A stretch of 64,000 nt of DNA from Eledone cirrhosa (GCA_964016885.1 OZ024756.1:43586001-43650000), one strand, 5' to 3'; counted from the stretch's first letter, positions 13,680-27,536 are shown. Notes: generated by a model not told the origin, from the letters alone. A program made the numbers and translations.

Positions 13680-13970
13680 ATAGTTTGGGAGGATCATGCT
13701 GCCAATTAAAAACACAAACTTCACTTCAATTTATAATGAATTATAAAGACACAAAAACAAGGTGGTGTAGAACAGAAAAAAGGAGAAACACAAAATAAGA
13801 AATCTTTCACTGAGGAAGTCACAGAATGTGTGACGAAAGCGCTTTGACAATAAACAAATAAATAACCATCTGGCTACTAAACTAACCGATTGGTAGTTTA
13901 TAATAAACTGAAGTGAAAACAACAGGTGCATATGTTTTTATTGGCAGCATGACTCTCTCTCAAAGTATAA
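13680..13970. mobile_element. MITE with long imperfect TIRs (also in unit B, ~41320-41610)
   Basis: TATAGTTTGGGAGGATCATGCTGCCAATTAAAAACA ... TGTTTTTATTGGCAGCATGACTCTCTCTCAAAGTATA. Confidence 0.55.
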
Positions 13971-14322
13971 CATTATATATATATATATATATATATAAAG
14001 AGAGAGAGAGAATTACAGTATTATTCAATTTCCGTTAGTGTAATCAATTAATTTAATTGTTCAATAAGAACCAAAGACCACTTACAGTAGTGTTTCCTCA
14101 AAGTACGAATTATTCCAATTGGTAGATCCTGTGGTAGTTATATAGTTTCCAAGTGTACCAATTTACGGAGTGTGTATAGAAAATTACAAAAATATTATTA
14201 AAAACATCGTGATTCAGATGAGTAGGAATAACATTTATTGCATATTCCCACTGGATTAAGGTGTTTTTAATAATATTTTTGTAATTGTAATACATTTTTA
14301 CTCTACGGGTTTATATATGCTT

Positions 14323-14386
<64 letters not shown>

Positions 14387-14574
14387 TCTTAATCGAGTCC
14401 TCTTTGCATTTTGGTCTTCGTATTTATTATTATTAATACACATATATACATACATACGAACATATTTACACGTATATGTACATATACACACATGTATATA
14501 CACATATATATAGATACATATATATATATACATACATATCGATACATATATATATACACACATATATATATATA

Positions 14575-17053
14575 TGTAGCGAGATCTGTCCACGCCTTGA
14601 ACCTTGGGTGACACCTAAAAGTCAAATTCTAGGTCACCATCCTTTTGGTGTGAACAGGTTCATGCGCGGGCTATCCCCTCAAGGTGGGAGACACCGCTAC
14701 CATCAGGCCCTTGAGGTCTACAGAAAAAACAGAGACATCGGAGCACTACGGTACAGACAAGCCATGTGAAGGATTCACCGCTACCTTCAGACCCCAGTGG
14801 TCTACAGAAAAACAGATCGATCGGAGCATTACGACTACAACAATCTATGTGAAAGATTCACCGCTATCTACAGGCCACACTGATCTACAGTCATCTACAG
14901 ACCATTCAGGAGTATACAAACCATTACTCTCTCTCTCTCTCACTATGGTCATAGACTCAGGACGAGAACTACTACAAGGGACTGCAACAAACTTTAACCA
15001 CCAACAAATTTTATCTGGTCGTTCGCTGTTTTTACATCAACAACAAAATAACATTGTCAACCTTCGCAACTCGTGGTAACATGTTTATTGTTCTTTTTTA
15101 CTCTTGTTTATTCTTCTTTTTTACTCTTGTTTATTCTTCTTTTTGACTCAAATGAAGTAAACCTGTATATATAAACTAAATCTTTATCCTTGTTATTAAA
15201 TCTAACAACTTTGTGAATCCATCTAACTATTTCTTACTAATACCCTTCGTTAAAATGGTGACCCCGGCGTGATTTAAAAAAAAATGATGTGGTACTTAAA
15301 AAAAAAAGAAAATCTCACGCAGCCTTTTTGATCTGATCATGGCTTCTTTTGCCAACATCAACAACTTTCTCTTACCAAACACTTCACCACTTGCTTCGTA
15401 ATCTCCAACAACAAAAACAACAAACAATACTACTAGCTTCCTAGCAAGAAAACACACATAAAGAAGAGAAAACTGAACTTTTTGTAAAGAACAATTATAT
15501 AAATATTTTTTTTTAAATCTTTCTTACAGGTTGTATATGAATGTCATTTTTATTTTTTTTATTCGTGTTACTGTATTATATGCCTGTATGAATAACACGT
15601 TTTACATCAAACTCACATCATTTTCTTTGTCACACACCAATTGTTTTGTCTATGGTATATTCTGGATTCGGTTGGGTTTCTGCGATATCACTTTTCGACT
15701 GGTCAAGGTACGGCAACAGCTATTATACACACGATAATCAACCCATGGTTACTACTAGCTCGGACTCACTCAAGCACGCAACTCAAAATTGCACTCACTC
15801 ATGTCACAGCATAAACCTCGACTCACGGGAAGAGAATCTTACGTATGATAATACATCGAGATTCAACTGGTCGAAGTTCGGCAACAGATATTAAACACAT
15901 GATAATCAACCCACGGGTACTACTCGCTCGACTCACTGAAGCACGTAACTCAAAATTGCACACACTCATGTCATAGCGTAAACCTCGACTCACTGGAAGA
16001 GAATCTTACGTATGATGATACATCGAGAGAAATAGTCCTCTGTATTGTCATATCGTAATCCGATACCGTAATCCCAACGTCCATCCATCCATACACAACA
16101 GTTCGAAATACATGATCACAACTTTGTATATTTACAGTTTCTTCTAAATGTTACACACACACATGCATACGCAGTTATACTTTTATTTTTTTCTCTCTCC
16201 AAATTTCTCTACACTCGAAGTGCGGGCGCAGTACCCACATTTTTTGTGTTTTGGGACACGCTTCTAGTAATCAGATTTCGCTACCCCTTTTATAATCGAT
16301 CGCTGCTCCTCCATCGATCTGGGTAGGAAACTAATGTGGCGAGATCTGTCCACGCCTTGAACCTTGGGTGACACCTAAAGGTCAAATTCTAGGTCACCAC
16401 CCTTCTGCTGTGAACAGGTTGATGCGTTGGCTATCCCCTCAAGGTGGGAGACAGGAAGCGACAGGTATATAAAGCCTGTATCATCCCACGTTTATACAGA
16501 AAGATCGGAGCATTACACTAGCAACTAACTATGTAAAGATTCACCGCGATCCTTCAGGCCCTTGAGGTCTACAGAAAAACAGAGACATCGGAGCACTACG
16601 ATCCAGACAAGCCATGTGAAGGATTCACCGCTACCTTCAGACCCCAGTGGTCTACAGAAAAACAGATCGATCGGAGCATTACGACTACAAGCTATGTGAA
16701 AGATTCACCGCTATCTACAGGCCACACTGATCTACAGTCATCTACAGACCATTCAGGAGTATACAAACCATTACTCTCTCTCTCTCATTATGGTCATAGA
16801 CTCAGGACGAGAACTACTACGAGGGACTGCAACAAACTTTAACCACCAACAAATTTTATCTGGTCGTTCGCTGTTTTTACATCAACAACAAAATAACATT
16901 GTCAACCTTCGCAACTCGTGGTAACATATTTATTCTTCTTTTTGACTCAAATGAAGTAAACCTTTATATATAAACTAAATCTTTATCCTTGTTATTAAAT
17001 CTAACAATTTTGTTAATCCATCTAACTATTTCTTACTAATACCCTTCGTTAAA
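14575..17053 (+). mobile_element. Non-autonomous LTR retrotransposon (Gypsy-like, tRNA-Trp PBS, non-coding interior)
   Basis: LTRs at 14575-15254 and 16335-17053 (TGT(A/G)GCGA...TCGTTAAA). PBS TGGTGACCCCGGCGTGAT at 15256-15273. PPT-like GGGTAGGAAA before the 3' LTR. The ~1.08-kb interior shows no gag/pol. Inserted in (TA)n. Confidence 0.85.
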
Positions 17054-17333
17054 TATATATATATATACATCCCATTGAAAAGAAGATCAAAGTCCGTTAA
17101 AACGTATAATTATATCATATTTTAATTAACGTACGTTTCTTCCATCTCGTAAAATATATAATTAATTATTAGTTAATTAATTATATGAACAAATGATTAG
17201 ATTCGTCGGAATTAATAAAAATACAGGAAACATTTTTCCCTCTTTGATTCATACAACGAGTTGATACAAGTAGAATTATATGTAGCCTTCTGAATAGTTT
17301 ACTGTAATAAATCTCATATCAGTGTTATATTTT

Positions 17334-17371
17334 CTGATGACCCTGTGAGAAGGAAGCGAAACTGCAGAGTA
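17334..17371 (+). ncRNA. Degenerate hammerhead-like motif (paralog at 51496-51533)
   Basis: CTGATGA-ccctgtgagaaggaagc-GAAAC-TGCAGA-GTA, with weak stems I and II. Confidence 0.35.
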
Positions 17372-17974
17372 TCAAGTCTCACAATTAAGCCTTTATAAAA
17401 TGAATATTTGAAGTCTACTGTGGTATTGACTACTCTTTTTCTCTCAGTCGGCAACTACTTATAGAAAATATATACATTGTATTATTGAAAAATATATGCC
17501 AAATATTATTACAATACAAAGGTATATGTGAAATTTTATTATGATTGAAAAATATATATGAAAATATATTTTGAAAGATATATACAGAATTTTAATTAAT
17601 TGAAAGATATATACGGAATTATATTTAATTGGAAAGATATATATGAAAATATATTTTGAAAGATATATACCAATTTTATTATAAAATTTGGCAACAGAAC
17701 TTACAATCAAAAAGGCTCAGAGTCAACTGGGGAAAACTAAAGTTTTAGTAAGTAGTAAGGAAGACAGGACGGATATCATGAGGGAAGTGGCTGTGCTCAA
17801 TATGTAGAAAGGGAATTGATAGAAACTCTATACGATGTACACAATTTAAATCTTAGGTACACAACATATGTAGTGGGTGGGCAGACAAATTCTAACATTT
17901 CTTGTTTGTCCTCAAACTGACTGTGGTCTTTTATTTATTGTATGTCCTCAAACAGTCTCTTTATTCTATCCTCT

Positions 17975-18140
17975 GTTACAGGAGCTCAAAATGTTAGCTT
18001 GTTCTGTCCTTTTTTTACAGGTCCTGAAACTGTTAGCTTCATCTGTCCTTTATTACAGGTCCTGAAACTGTTAGCTTGTTCTGTCCTTTGTTACAGGTTC
18101 TGAAACTTAGCTTGTTCTGTCCTTTTTTTACAGGTCCTCA
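17975..18140. repeat. ~36-bp minisatellite downstream of gene 1 (also at ~52113-52280)
   Basis: About 4-5 copies of TTACAGGTCCTGAAACTGTTAGCTTGTTCTGTCCTT. Confidence 0.8.
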
Positions 18141-18273
18141 AAATGTCTTTGTGCATTGCAACGTTTAGTCTAAGAGAAAATATCTGCAGTCAGAAGAGCT
18201 ATCTTTGTGTTTTAATACAACCTTGTTTTGTGTATTAATTGGTTCATGTGGATAGTTTCCCTCTGTATGGTAA

Positions 18274-18745
18274 TTAAAGAACTGTTGTTGCTGTTGTTGT
18301 TGGTAGTGGTGTTGTAGTTGACATTAATGGTGGTGGTGGTGGTGTTGTTGGTAGTGGTGTTGTAGTTGACATTAATGGTGGTGGTGTTGTTGTTGTTGGT
18401 AGTGGTGTTGTAGTTGACATTAATGATGGTGGTGTTGTAGTTGACATTAATGGTGGTGGTGGTGTTGTAGTTGTTCGTAGTGGTGTTGTAGTTGACATTA
18501 ATGGTGGTGGTGTTGTAGTTGTTGGTAGTGGTGTGAGAGTCAACAGCAATGGTGATGGTGGTGTTGTTGTTGTTGGTAGTGGTGTTGTAGTTGACAGTAT
18601 TGGTGGTGTTGTTGTTGTTGTTGTTGGTAGTGGTGTTGTAGTTGACATTAATGGTGGTGGTGTTGCTGTCGTTGATAGTGTGGTAGTCAACAGTAATGGT
18701 GGTGGTGGTGGTGTTGTAGATTTCCTTGTTGTTGTTACCACTGTT
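18274..18745 (-). repeat. Trinucleotide-based minisatellite (ACA/CCA-rich) in the predicted 3' UTR, forming a Thr/Pro-rich open frame
   Basis: The unit translates as ~PPPPLMSTTTPLPTTTT. The frame is 155 codons here and 81 codons in paralog 2 (52411-52656). Confidence 0.8.
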
Positions 18746-18769
18746 GTTCTTTTTGTTCCTGTATGGGTT

Positions 18770-18791
18770 TTATCTCAATTGATGCTCAACC
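18770..18791 (-). CDS. IgSF paralog 1, terminal coding exon (VEHQLR*)
   Basis: Acceptor TTTTGCTTATTTTCCAACAG| is conserved in both paralogs. The phase-2 frame gives (V)VEHQLR-TAA. Confidence 0.55.
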
Positions 18792-18870
18792 CTGTTGGAA
18801 AATAAGCAAAACAGTTGTCAAATATGTTGTCTCTACTGCCACACACTGTAATAAACAACCTTTAATTTAG

Positions 18871-18937
<67 letters not shown>

Positions 18938-18966
18938 ATATATATATATCTGTGTATATATATATA

Positions 18967-19954
18967 TCTGTGTATATATATAAAATTAAGTATGTGCGTG
19001 TGTGTGTGTGTGTGTTTGTATCTGTGTATTACCTATAGGGGCCTACATCTTACAACCGATTTTCATGAAACTTTACAGGCTCATAGATTAGTCATCGGGG
19101 AGTGTTTTCTATATATCAGCGTATCGTTCTTTTTTTTTATTCCGGGGTCATTCTGCAGATAAAAATCGATAGGTATCGAAAAATAAGATTTTTGGCTCTA
19201 GCTCCCACATTTTGCCACCGATTTCGTTCAAATTTTAAAGCAAAATAGAATTTATCATTGCACATCTTGTAATGGCTTTATATTTTGAATTTGTTGTTCA
19301 GGGACGGCGTGGGAGCCGCTTAAATATTCAAAATACCACTTTTAGACTCAAATTTCCACTTTTTCGGCTCTAGCTCCCACATTAATCAACCTACTTTGTT
19401 CAAAATTTACACTACGCTAGATTTGATTATTTCACGTCTTAAAGTGGCTTTACATTTTGGATTTTTTGTTCAGGAACGGCGTGGCAGCCGCTTAAATATT
19501 CGAAAATACCACCTTTTCGGCTCTAGCTCCCACATTTTCAACCGATTTCGTTCAAATTCGAAACTTCAGCTCCACCTCACACATAAATCAATTTATTTGG
19601 TTAAACTTTTATACTACGATATAACCTATCATTGCATATGTTATGGATGGTCAAAGGCAAAACGATGGCCACTGACGTCGTCTGAATTTTTAGTTGTGTA
19701 TTTGAGACCATCGGTTTCTAATCAAGTAGCGTGAGGAAATTTGGCTTAGTGTTAGAGGTCATTGCCTCCCTCCCACAGCATGCACCTTCGTCAGTCACCC
19801 GCGTTTCTCAGTGATAGAGGTCATCACCACCCTCCCACGCATGGCCTGTGTGTGGCCATAGATGAGTCATCGAGAAGCAGTCGCTAAGATCAACACCTTT
19901 TCATCAAAGCAGATATTATTTTACCTACCCAGGCAACGGTGGGTACTGCTGCTA

Positions 19955-19955
<1 letters not shown>
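18967..19955 (+). mobile_element. Non-autonomous Helitron specific to unit A
   Basis: 3' end CCCAGGCAACGGTGGG-TACTGCTGCTAG|T, internal sub-repeats, absent at the paralogous site ~52790-52840. Confidence 0.7.
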
Positions 19956-20000
<45 letters not shown>

Positions 20001-20003
<3 letters not shown>

Positions 20004-20192
20004 AACGAGTAGGACCCCGACGGCTGAGCTCAAGCCGTTTCGATGGCTAATTCTTGGTCCAGAATTAACCGTCGAAACGGCTTGAGCTCAGCCGTCGGGG
20101 TCCTACTCGTTCCTATTACCCACTCTACTACCCTAAGTATTGAGTACTTTGGTGCGTTATGGTCCACCTGGTTCCTTACCACATTTCCTTCG

Positions 20193-20194
<2 letters not shown>
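20001..20194 (+). mobile_element. Minimal Penelope pLTR insertion with a 5' inversion (same family as 45628-50677)
   Basis: Palindrome 20001-20114 followed by the family 3' tail ...CCTTACCACATTTCCTTCGTTA(TA)n. Confidence 0.8.
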
Positions 20195-20260
<66 letters not shown>

Positions 20261-20953
20261 GCATGGAAAAGCTGTCGTAAAAGCGATGATGCTGAATTCA
20301 TGGCTTTACTCAAATTCATGGTGCTAATAGTTTCTTAGACTGAGCTGTTTTTTCACACACACCTTCTATGAATATTTAACATGTGGAGGTTATGACACTT
20401 TCCTTTGGCTGAATAGCATCTGGATGTTAAGACACCTTCACTGGGCTGAATAAGCTATTGATGTAAAGACACCTTCACTGAGGTGAATAAATTCTGGATG
20501 TTAAAACACCTGCCAAGGGCTGGATTACACATGGATGTTAAGGGTTCAAAAGAGAGGACTGTGCTGGTATGGACATGTGATATGTATAGATGATGACCAT
20601 TGGGTGAAAAAGTGCCAAGAAATCCCAGTCGAAGAAAGCTGCCGTAAAGGTAGACCAAGGACGACCTAAGCAGAGGTGATGAGAGCTAATGACAATTGAA
20701 GAGAAAAATAAAACATCCGGCAAGACATGTTTTTAAGGGAACAACTTAAAACAAGAAGTTAAAATTAACAAAATTATTTAAGACTAGTGGTTTTAATTGT
20801 ATTTTCTTGTTTTAATGTTCTATATCATGTGGTAAGGGGGTAACTAAATAATTGACATCAGGAAGGGCATCTGGATGTAAAACATTGTCACAAAACATCA
20901 CATACAAACACTGATAGATGGAAAAGTGAACATAAAAACGATAATGTACTTAC

Positions 20954-20976
20954 ACTTCCTTCTCTTCACAAGACTT
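20954..20976 (-). CDS. IgSF paralog 1, 23-nt cytoplasmic micro-exon (KSCEEKE-V)
   Basis: TTAATTAG|AAGTCTTGTGAAGAGAAGGAAGT|GTAAGT. It bridges the phase-0 TM exon to the phase-2 last exon. A duplicate in paralog 2 has a frame-preserving 3-nt insertion. Confidence 0.6.
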
Positions 20977-21042
20977 CTAATTAAAAACCTGTAGTTATAT
21001 TTACATTAAATCATTAAATATACTAAGTTGTATATCACTAAC

Positions 21043-21155
21043 CTTTTGTATCAGATTTTTGCGAATTACAAAGAAACAAATTAAAAGAACAAAAAGTATG
21101 AAAAATGTGATAATTCCAAGGACGATAGCAGCAATAGTTCCACCATCTAATCCAC
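21043..21155 (-). CDS. IgSF paralog 1, transmembrane exon
   Basis: CAG|(S)GLDGGTIAAIVLGIITFFILFVLLICFFVIRKNLIQK|GTTAGT: hydrophobic helix followed by a basic stop-transfer motif. Confidence 0.85.
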
Positions 21156-21679
21156 CTGTTATCAAGATAGAAAACAGCAGCAATAAGTATTGTTTCTAAT
21201 ATAGCCACATGATTTCAAATTTGGTGGGAGGGTTATAGTTGATTATATGAACTCCAGTATTTCACTGGTATTTTATTTTATCAATTCCAGAAAGGTGAAA
21301 AACCAAGTTGTCCTCAACAGGATTTAAACTCAGAAAGTATAGAAGCAGGACAAATACCACAAAGCATTTTGTCCAACGTTCTAACAACAGTAATAATAAT
21401 AATTTCTAACAATTTAAATAATTCTTGATACAAGGCCAACAATATAGAAGGAGAGGAAAGTCTATTTTCAACCCCAATATTTATCTGATACTTTATTGTA
21501 TTAATCACAGCTTTGACACTAAGGACATCTCATCACAATGTCTCAGGAAATAATCACTGAACAGATTTTATAGGGGCAAAACTAAACGGCAAGAGACCCA
21601 AGTGTAGACACCTAGCAAGATGTTTGGATAACATCCATGAGCTCAGCTGGTCTCACTTGGAGATCCAGCCAAATCAGTT

Positions 21680-22060
21680 GGAGATACAGTGTGTGCTGGG
21701 TATTTTTTGTTGCGACACTTACATGACTAATTTACAGTGTGGATTGGGTACTTTTGGTCGTTGCTCCTACACGACCACTTTACAGTGTGGGCTGAAAGCT
21801 TTTGTTGGGACACCTACATGACCACTTTACAGAGTGGGCTGGGTACCTTTTACTAGGCACCAAAACACTTAACTGACAATTTGGACTGGGGGCGCGTTTT
21901 GTTGTGACACCTATACAACAACTTTACAGGGTGGACCTGGTGCCTTTTTTTATGTGTCACACATGATGACCATTTTATAGGGTGGACTTGGTATGATTCC
22001 TCATATCATAAACACTACCATTTTATAGGGTGGACTGGATGTTTGGCTGGGTGATTTTTG
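21680..22060. repeat. Degenerate ~42-bp minisatellite (related arrays at 25940-26230 and 54650-55150)
   Basis: Recurrent GACCACTTTACAGTGTGGGCTG...TTTTGTTGTGACACCTACA. Confidence 0.7.
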
Positions 22061-22536
22061 TCAGTTCCAGCTTAATGCATGTCCAGATTTCTATGCTTGT
22101 ATGAATGGGTTGGACAAGAGAGATGTATCAAATGTGAAATGTTGGGAGGGGATGGTTGTGTATATGTAAGATGGGGAATGGAGACAAGTGTCAAAGGTGA
22201 GACCTTAATTGTGGCAGTGATAATGAAGGTGGTAGAGTGGTTACATTGATGATGATGATGAACATGGTTGTAGTGGCAGTCATAGTGATAGTAGTTAAAC
22301 TGATCAAGATTATGAAATATAAATCCAAACACAAACACAGCAGTACAGAAATATGTACACACTTAATCAAATATATGAATAATTATGTATTTCAAACATA
22401 TACATACCTCACATGGAAACATACAATCATGCATATATACACACATGCATGTATTGATAGAGGCAGACATGTATATAAAAATAGGGAACCCTTCTCATCT
22501 ATACATGAACACACATGCAGATATAGTGATGCAGTG

Positions 22537-22602
<66 letters not shown>

Positions 22603-22901
22603 TTCCATATACTGTACCGATTGTGTTGTTATTTCTGTTTACCTTTTACATACATACACAGGGTGGGGCATAAAGACCTCCCACATTCTTTTTTATATAT
22701 CTTCAAAATGTGGGACATCTTTAAGCCCCACCCTGTATATATACATATAATAATAATAATTGTTTCTACTTTTGGCACAAGGCCAGCAATTTTTCCAGTG
22801 CATTACTGGTACTTTATTTTATCGACCCCATAAGGATGAAAGGCAAAGTTAACCTCGGTGGGATTTGAACTCAGACAATAAAGGGCCGTAACTCTTTGCT
22901 T

Positions 22902-23040
22902 GTTGTAGTGCACCTGAGCACTTTACACAATAATTTCATTATTATTATTATTATTAGGATTGGCAGTATCTACCGATACTGCCAATCCTAATAATAATAA
23001 TAATGAAATTATTGTGTAAAGTGCTCAGGTGCACTACAAC
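22902..23040. repeat. Foldback palindrome joining a CR1 3' tail and a SINE head
   Basis: Arms of ~66-69 nt around a TACC loop at 22971-22974. Confidence 0.85.
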
Positions 23041-23915
23041 TCGTCAAAGGTGCATGTATAGTACATAGAATAATATACAAATGTCAGGGAAGTGAATAGT
23101 GTATGAGTCATGATATACATGTGTGTATGTGTATGGAGGGGGAATGTTAGGTGTAGTGTTTGTGAATCTCGGGAAGCATGGGGGTTTTAAAGGATGCAGT
23201 ATCTCGACAGCTAACAACTGATGCAGGTAGTTTGTTCCATGCTTCAGCAACACTGAGCGTGAAAAAATGTTTCCGAAAGTCATGGGAACCGTGTTGTTTT
23301 CCGACTTTGAGGGCATCCCCCATGTGTGTTAGACACATGGAAATCAAAAAGGTACTCAGGGTTGTTGTTGGCGAGATGGTTAATAATTTTGTGGACGTTT
23401 ACCAAGTCAGTTGTCAGACGGAGCTTCAATGAATCCATGCCCAGGGAAGCAAGGCGTTCAGAGTATGGTAGATGCCTGATGGAGGGTATTCGCTTGGTTG
23501 AACGTCTCTGAACAGTTTCCAGGCGGTCAATGTTCTGAGCAAGATAGGGGTTCCAGACTGGTGATGCAAATTCTAAGTGTGGCCACACCATAGCCATGTA
23601 CAGCTTTAAATAGATAGATGGAGAGCGGCTGACAAAAGTCTTGCTGAGTGATGCTAAGGCACCCTCGGCCCTCTTGACAATTTTAGAGACATGCTTTGTC
23701 CAACGCAAATCGCAGCTGACCATAATGCTCAGGTCACGTTCACAAGAAGACTTCTTGATATTACTGTTGTGGAGGGAGTATGTGGATGCTGGGTTTTTAC
23801 TCCCAAAATGCATGGTGGTGCACTTGTCCACAGCTAGCTTGAGTTGCCAGTCTGTGATCCATTGTTGCATTGTGTACAGGTCAGATTGCAGGCAAGATCT
23901 ATAGTGTTCAGGATC
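22990..23915 (-). mobile_element. CR1-clade LINE, 5'-truncated (RT C-terminus and 3' UTR)
   Basis: ORF 23280-23870 has W...WQLKL...KC, ERDL, PHLEFASPVWNPY and LETVQRRSTKRI motifs. (ATT)n tail. Confidence 0.85.
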
Positions 23916-23981
23916 TGTCCTTTATATATATGTATGTATATACACAGAAATGTATTACATAAAATAAAATAATTTGCTTAC

Positions 23982-24296
23982 TTTTTTCTGTAAGGAAGAC
24001 TACAAAGTCAAGTTTCATTTTCAATACTGAACAGGTGATGGTTATATTGGGGTAGTCTTCAATTGTTACGTTGTAGTCAAACTGTGACTCTAATGAAACA
24101 TAACAATTGTTAGTTTTTGGAACTGGCACAGTTTTTAGACTGACTTCTGTTTCGTTACTTCCATGTGTTACACTCCATTTAAACAGGACAATCTCTTCAG
24201 AATTTGGGACAAGATTTAAATGACATCTGAAGGTAGATATCTGGTTAATTGTGTGGTTCTCAGTGTCAGACGTCAGATCTTTCATAGAAGATTTAG
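23982..24296 (-). CDS. IgSF paralog 1, Ig-like domain 2 exon (315 nt, phase 1-1)
   Basis: CAG|...|GTAAGC. FRC...LFKWSV...NC...S.FDYNVTIEDYPNITITC gives an Ig-like C-W-C spacing with several N-glycosylation sequons. Confidence 0.85.
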
Positions 24297-24321
24297 CTGA
24301 AAAGATAAAATATAAATAAAT

Positions 24322-24505
24322 AATTGTTTCTACTTTTGGCACAAGGCCAGCAATTACCCAGTACATTACTGGTACTTTATTTTATCGACCCCGTAAGGAT
24401 GAAAGGCAGAGTGAACCTCGGCGGGATTTGAACTCAGACCGTAAATGGACGTAACTATGCTGGAAAGCATGTCCGACCCTCTACTGATACTGCCAATCCA
24501 CCACC
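24322..24505 (-). mobile_element. SINE inserted just upstream of the Ig exon 2 acceptor, only in paralog 1
   Basis: Full SINE, absent at ~56720-56745. Confidence 0.8.
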
Positions 24506-25313
24506 TGCCAATAATAAATAATAAAATGAAATCTTGGCTTGTTTCATTGATACAAACAACTAAAATGTTGAATGAGGAGGTTGCTTCTGATAGGACACCC
24601 TGGAAGGCATGTGTGAGGACTCTGTCTCAACAATACTCTCTCATTGAAGAAGAGAAGAATATCACCCAAATATTTTGTGATGTAATGTGATCTCAGACAG
24701 CCTAGCAAAGAATGTAGGTTTTATAAGTGATTGATAAATAGGAGCAGTTAACAGTAAGGGCTCACGGAAAACTTTATTAGATACTCAGAGGACTCCATAG
24801 AAGTAGTTGATAGCTTCTGTTACCTGCATGACTAAACTAGCAGCGGAGGTGTGTTTTGAAAGTACATTACACACACAAGAGAGAAACATTACACACACAC
24901 AGGAAATATTACATTACACATACACACTATAGTGAAATATTACAGACACACGTTATAGAGAAAAATTACACACATACAAACACAGAGGAAATATTCCTTT
25001 ACACATGCACATGAAGATTGCAGCGTCTTCACAGAGGATTGCCGTCTCATTGATTCTTCGTTATCGTCCCATCTGCATCGATGACTTCGTAGATGACTTT
25101 CTGGGCCAGCTGTAGATCTGCATGGTTTACGACAGAGTTAACACACACATACATACATACATACATTCACATACATACATACATACAGATACATACATGT
25201 GTACACACATATATATATAATATAGATAACACTAAAAACAATAATAAGTATTTCTAACTGAAATGAAACAACAACAAATGTGATGACTAATGAGAAAATG
25301 GAATAAAACTTAC

Positions 25314-25640
25314 CTTTTACAGACTTCAAAAGTGAGTAATCACCAGGACTTGTATAACATTGATAATTTGTTGCATCATTGCAATTAAGCTTATTTTTCC
25401 AGCAGTGATACTCTCCATTCCATCCCTTAACTGCTGGTAATTTACAGTCAAAACCAGGTGGTAATATTCCTTTGTTATATTTATTTGTAATAGGGTTGCG
25501 AGACATTTTTATAAAAATTGACCCATTTTTAAGGACACTCAAGACAGTTGGCCAACTGAGGTCATCAGTTAATTTACATGTTATATTTAATCTAGAAAAT
25601 GATCCAACTTCAAATTCAGGTGTTATATTTAGTGATACCC
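25314..25640 (-). CDS. IgSF paralog 1, Ig-like domain 1 exon (327 nt, phase 1-1)
   Basis: TAG|...|GTAAGT. GVSLNITPEFEVGSFSRLNITCKL...GFDCKLPAVKGWNGEYHCWKNKLNCNDATNYQCYTSPGDYSLLKSVK shows an LNITC B-strand and a DxxxYxC F-strand with extra cysteines. Confidence 0.85.
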
Positions 25641-26695
25641 CTATATATAAAATATGGAAGAGGTGAAAATGATTAGATAAAGATTTATTTAAAAAATAAC
25701 ATATATAATGGCAGGTAGAGAAAAACTAAGATAAAGAAGAAAAAGAAGAAGAAGCATGGAGACTGATGGATAGAAACATGGAGAATGAGGTGGTGTGTAT
25801 GACAGTAAAATTTGTGTATCGCCTTTGTTAGATTGGTTGCCCCATTAGATAAGTCGGGTCAGGTGACCATGCCTTGCTCATATAGAACTATTTCTGGCTT
25901 GGTTTCTACAGCTGGATGCCCTTCCTAATGCCCACCATATTTGTAGTGTGGTGGGTACTTTTAGTTGTGACTCCTACATGACCACTTTACAGTGTGTACT
26001 TGAAGATTTTGTTGTGTCACCTATACAACCACATTTACAGTGTAGTCTTGGTGCTTCTTGCGGTGTTTCTTACATTGCCACTTTACAGTGAGTACTAGGT
26101 GCTTTGTGTTGTGACACATACACAGCCACATTTACAGTGTGTACTGCGTGATTTTTGTTGTGACACCTACACAACCACTTCACAGTGTTGGCTGGGTGTT
26201 TTTTGTTGTGACACCTACATGACCACTGTAGTTATATATACAAGGGTGACTGGTAACTCTGAAGATATGTGCTAACATTTATTGCATTTATAGAAAATGT
26301 TTAATGTTTTATGTTGGCAATTGAAGATTCAATTATGCTAGGAATTTTGTAGATCCTTTCCAGTTATGACTTATAGCATTAACACCAAACATCCTGCAAA
26401 CATTAATATATGCTGTATGATACCTACATTACACATATAAATTGAACATAGCCGATATACGAATGTTCCTGTCGTACACACCCAACCATTATGGAACACA
26501 TATTGCATTACAATTTAGGAAATAAGAACACCAATAGATAAAAATCAAGCTAATACAACCATGTACACTTTCATATATTTTACATACACACATCTAATGG
26601 TAACAAGAGCGAATGTATAAAAATACATGATTCGGTCCCTTAACCCCTCAACACTTACATCTAACGTAAAACTGATACACATATATATATTTATG

Positions 26696-27536
<841 letters not shown>

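Noticed and set aside
18770-25640. Paralog 1 as a leaderless cassette sharing a distant first exon
   Set aside because: Its own phase-compatible leader exon was found at 38591-38711.
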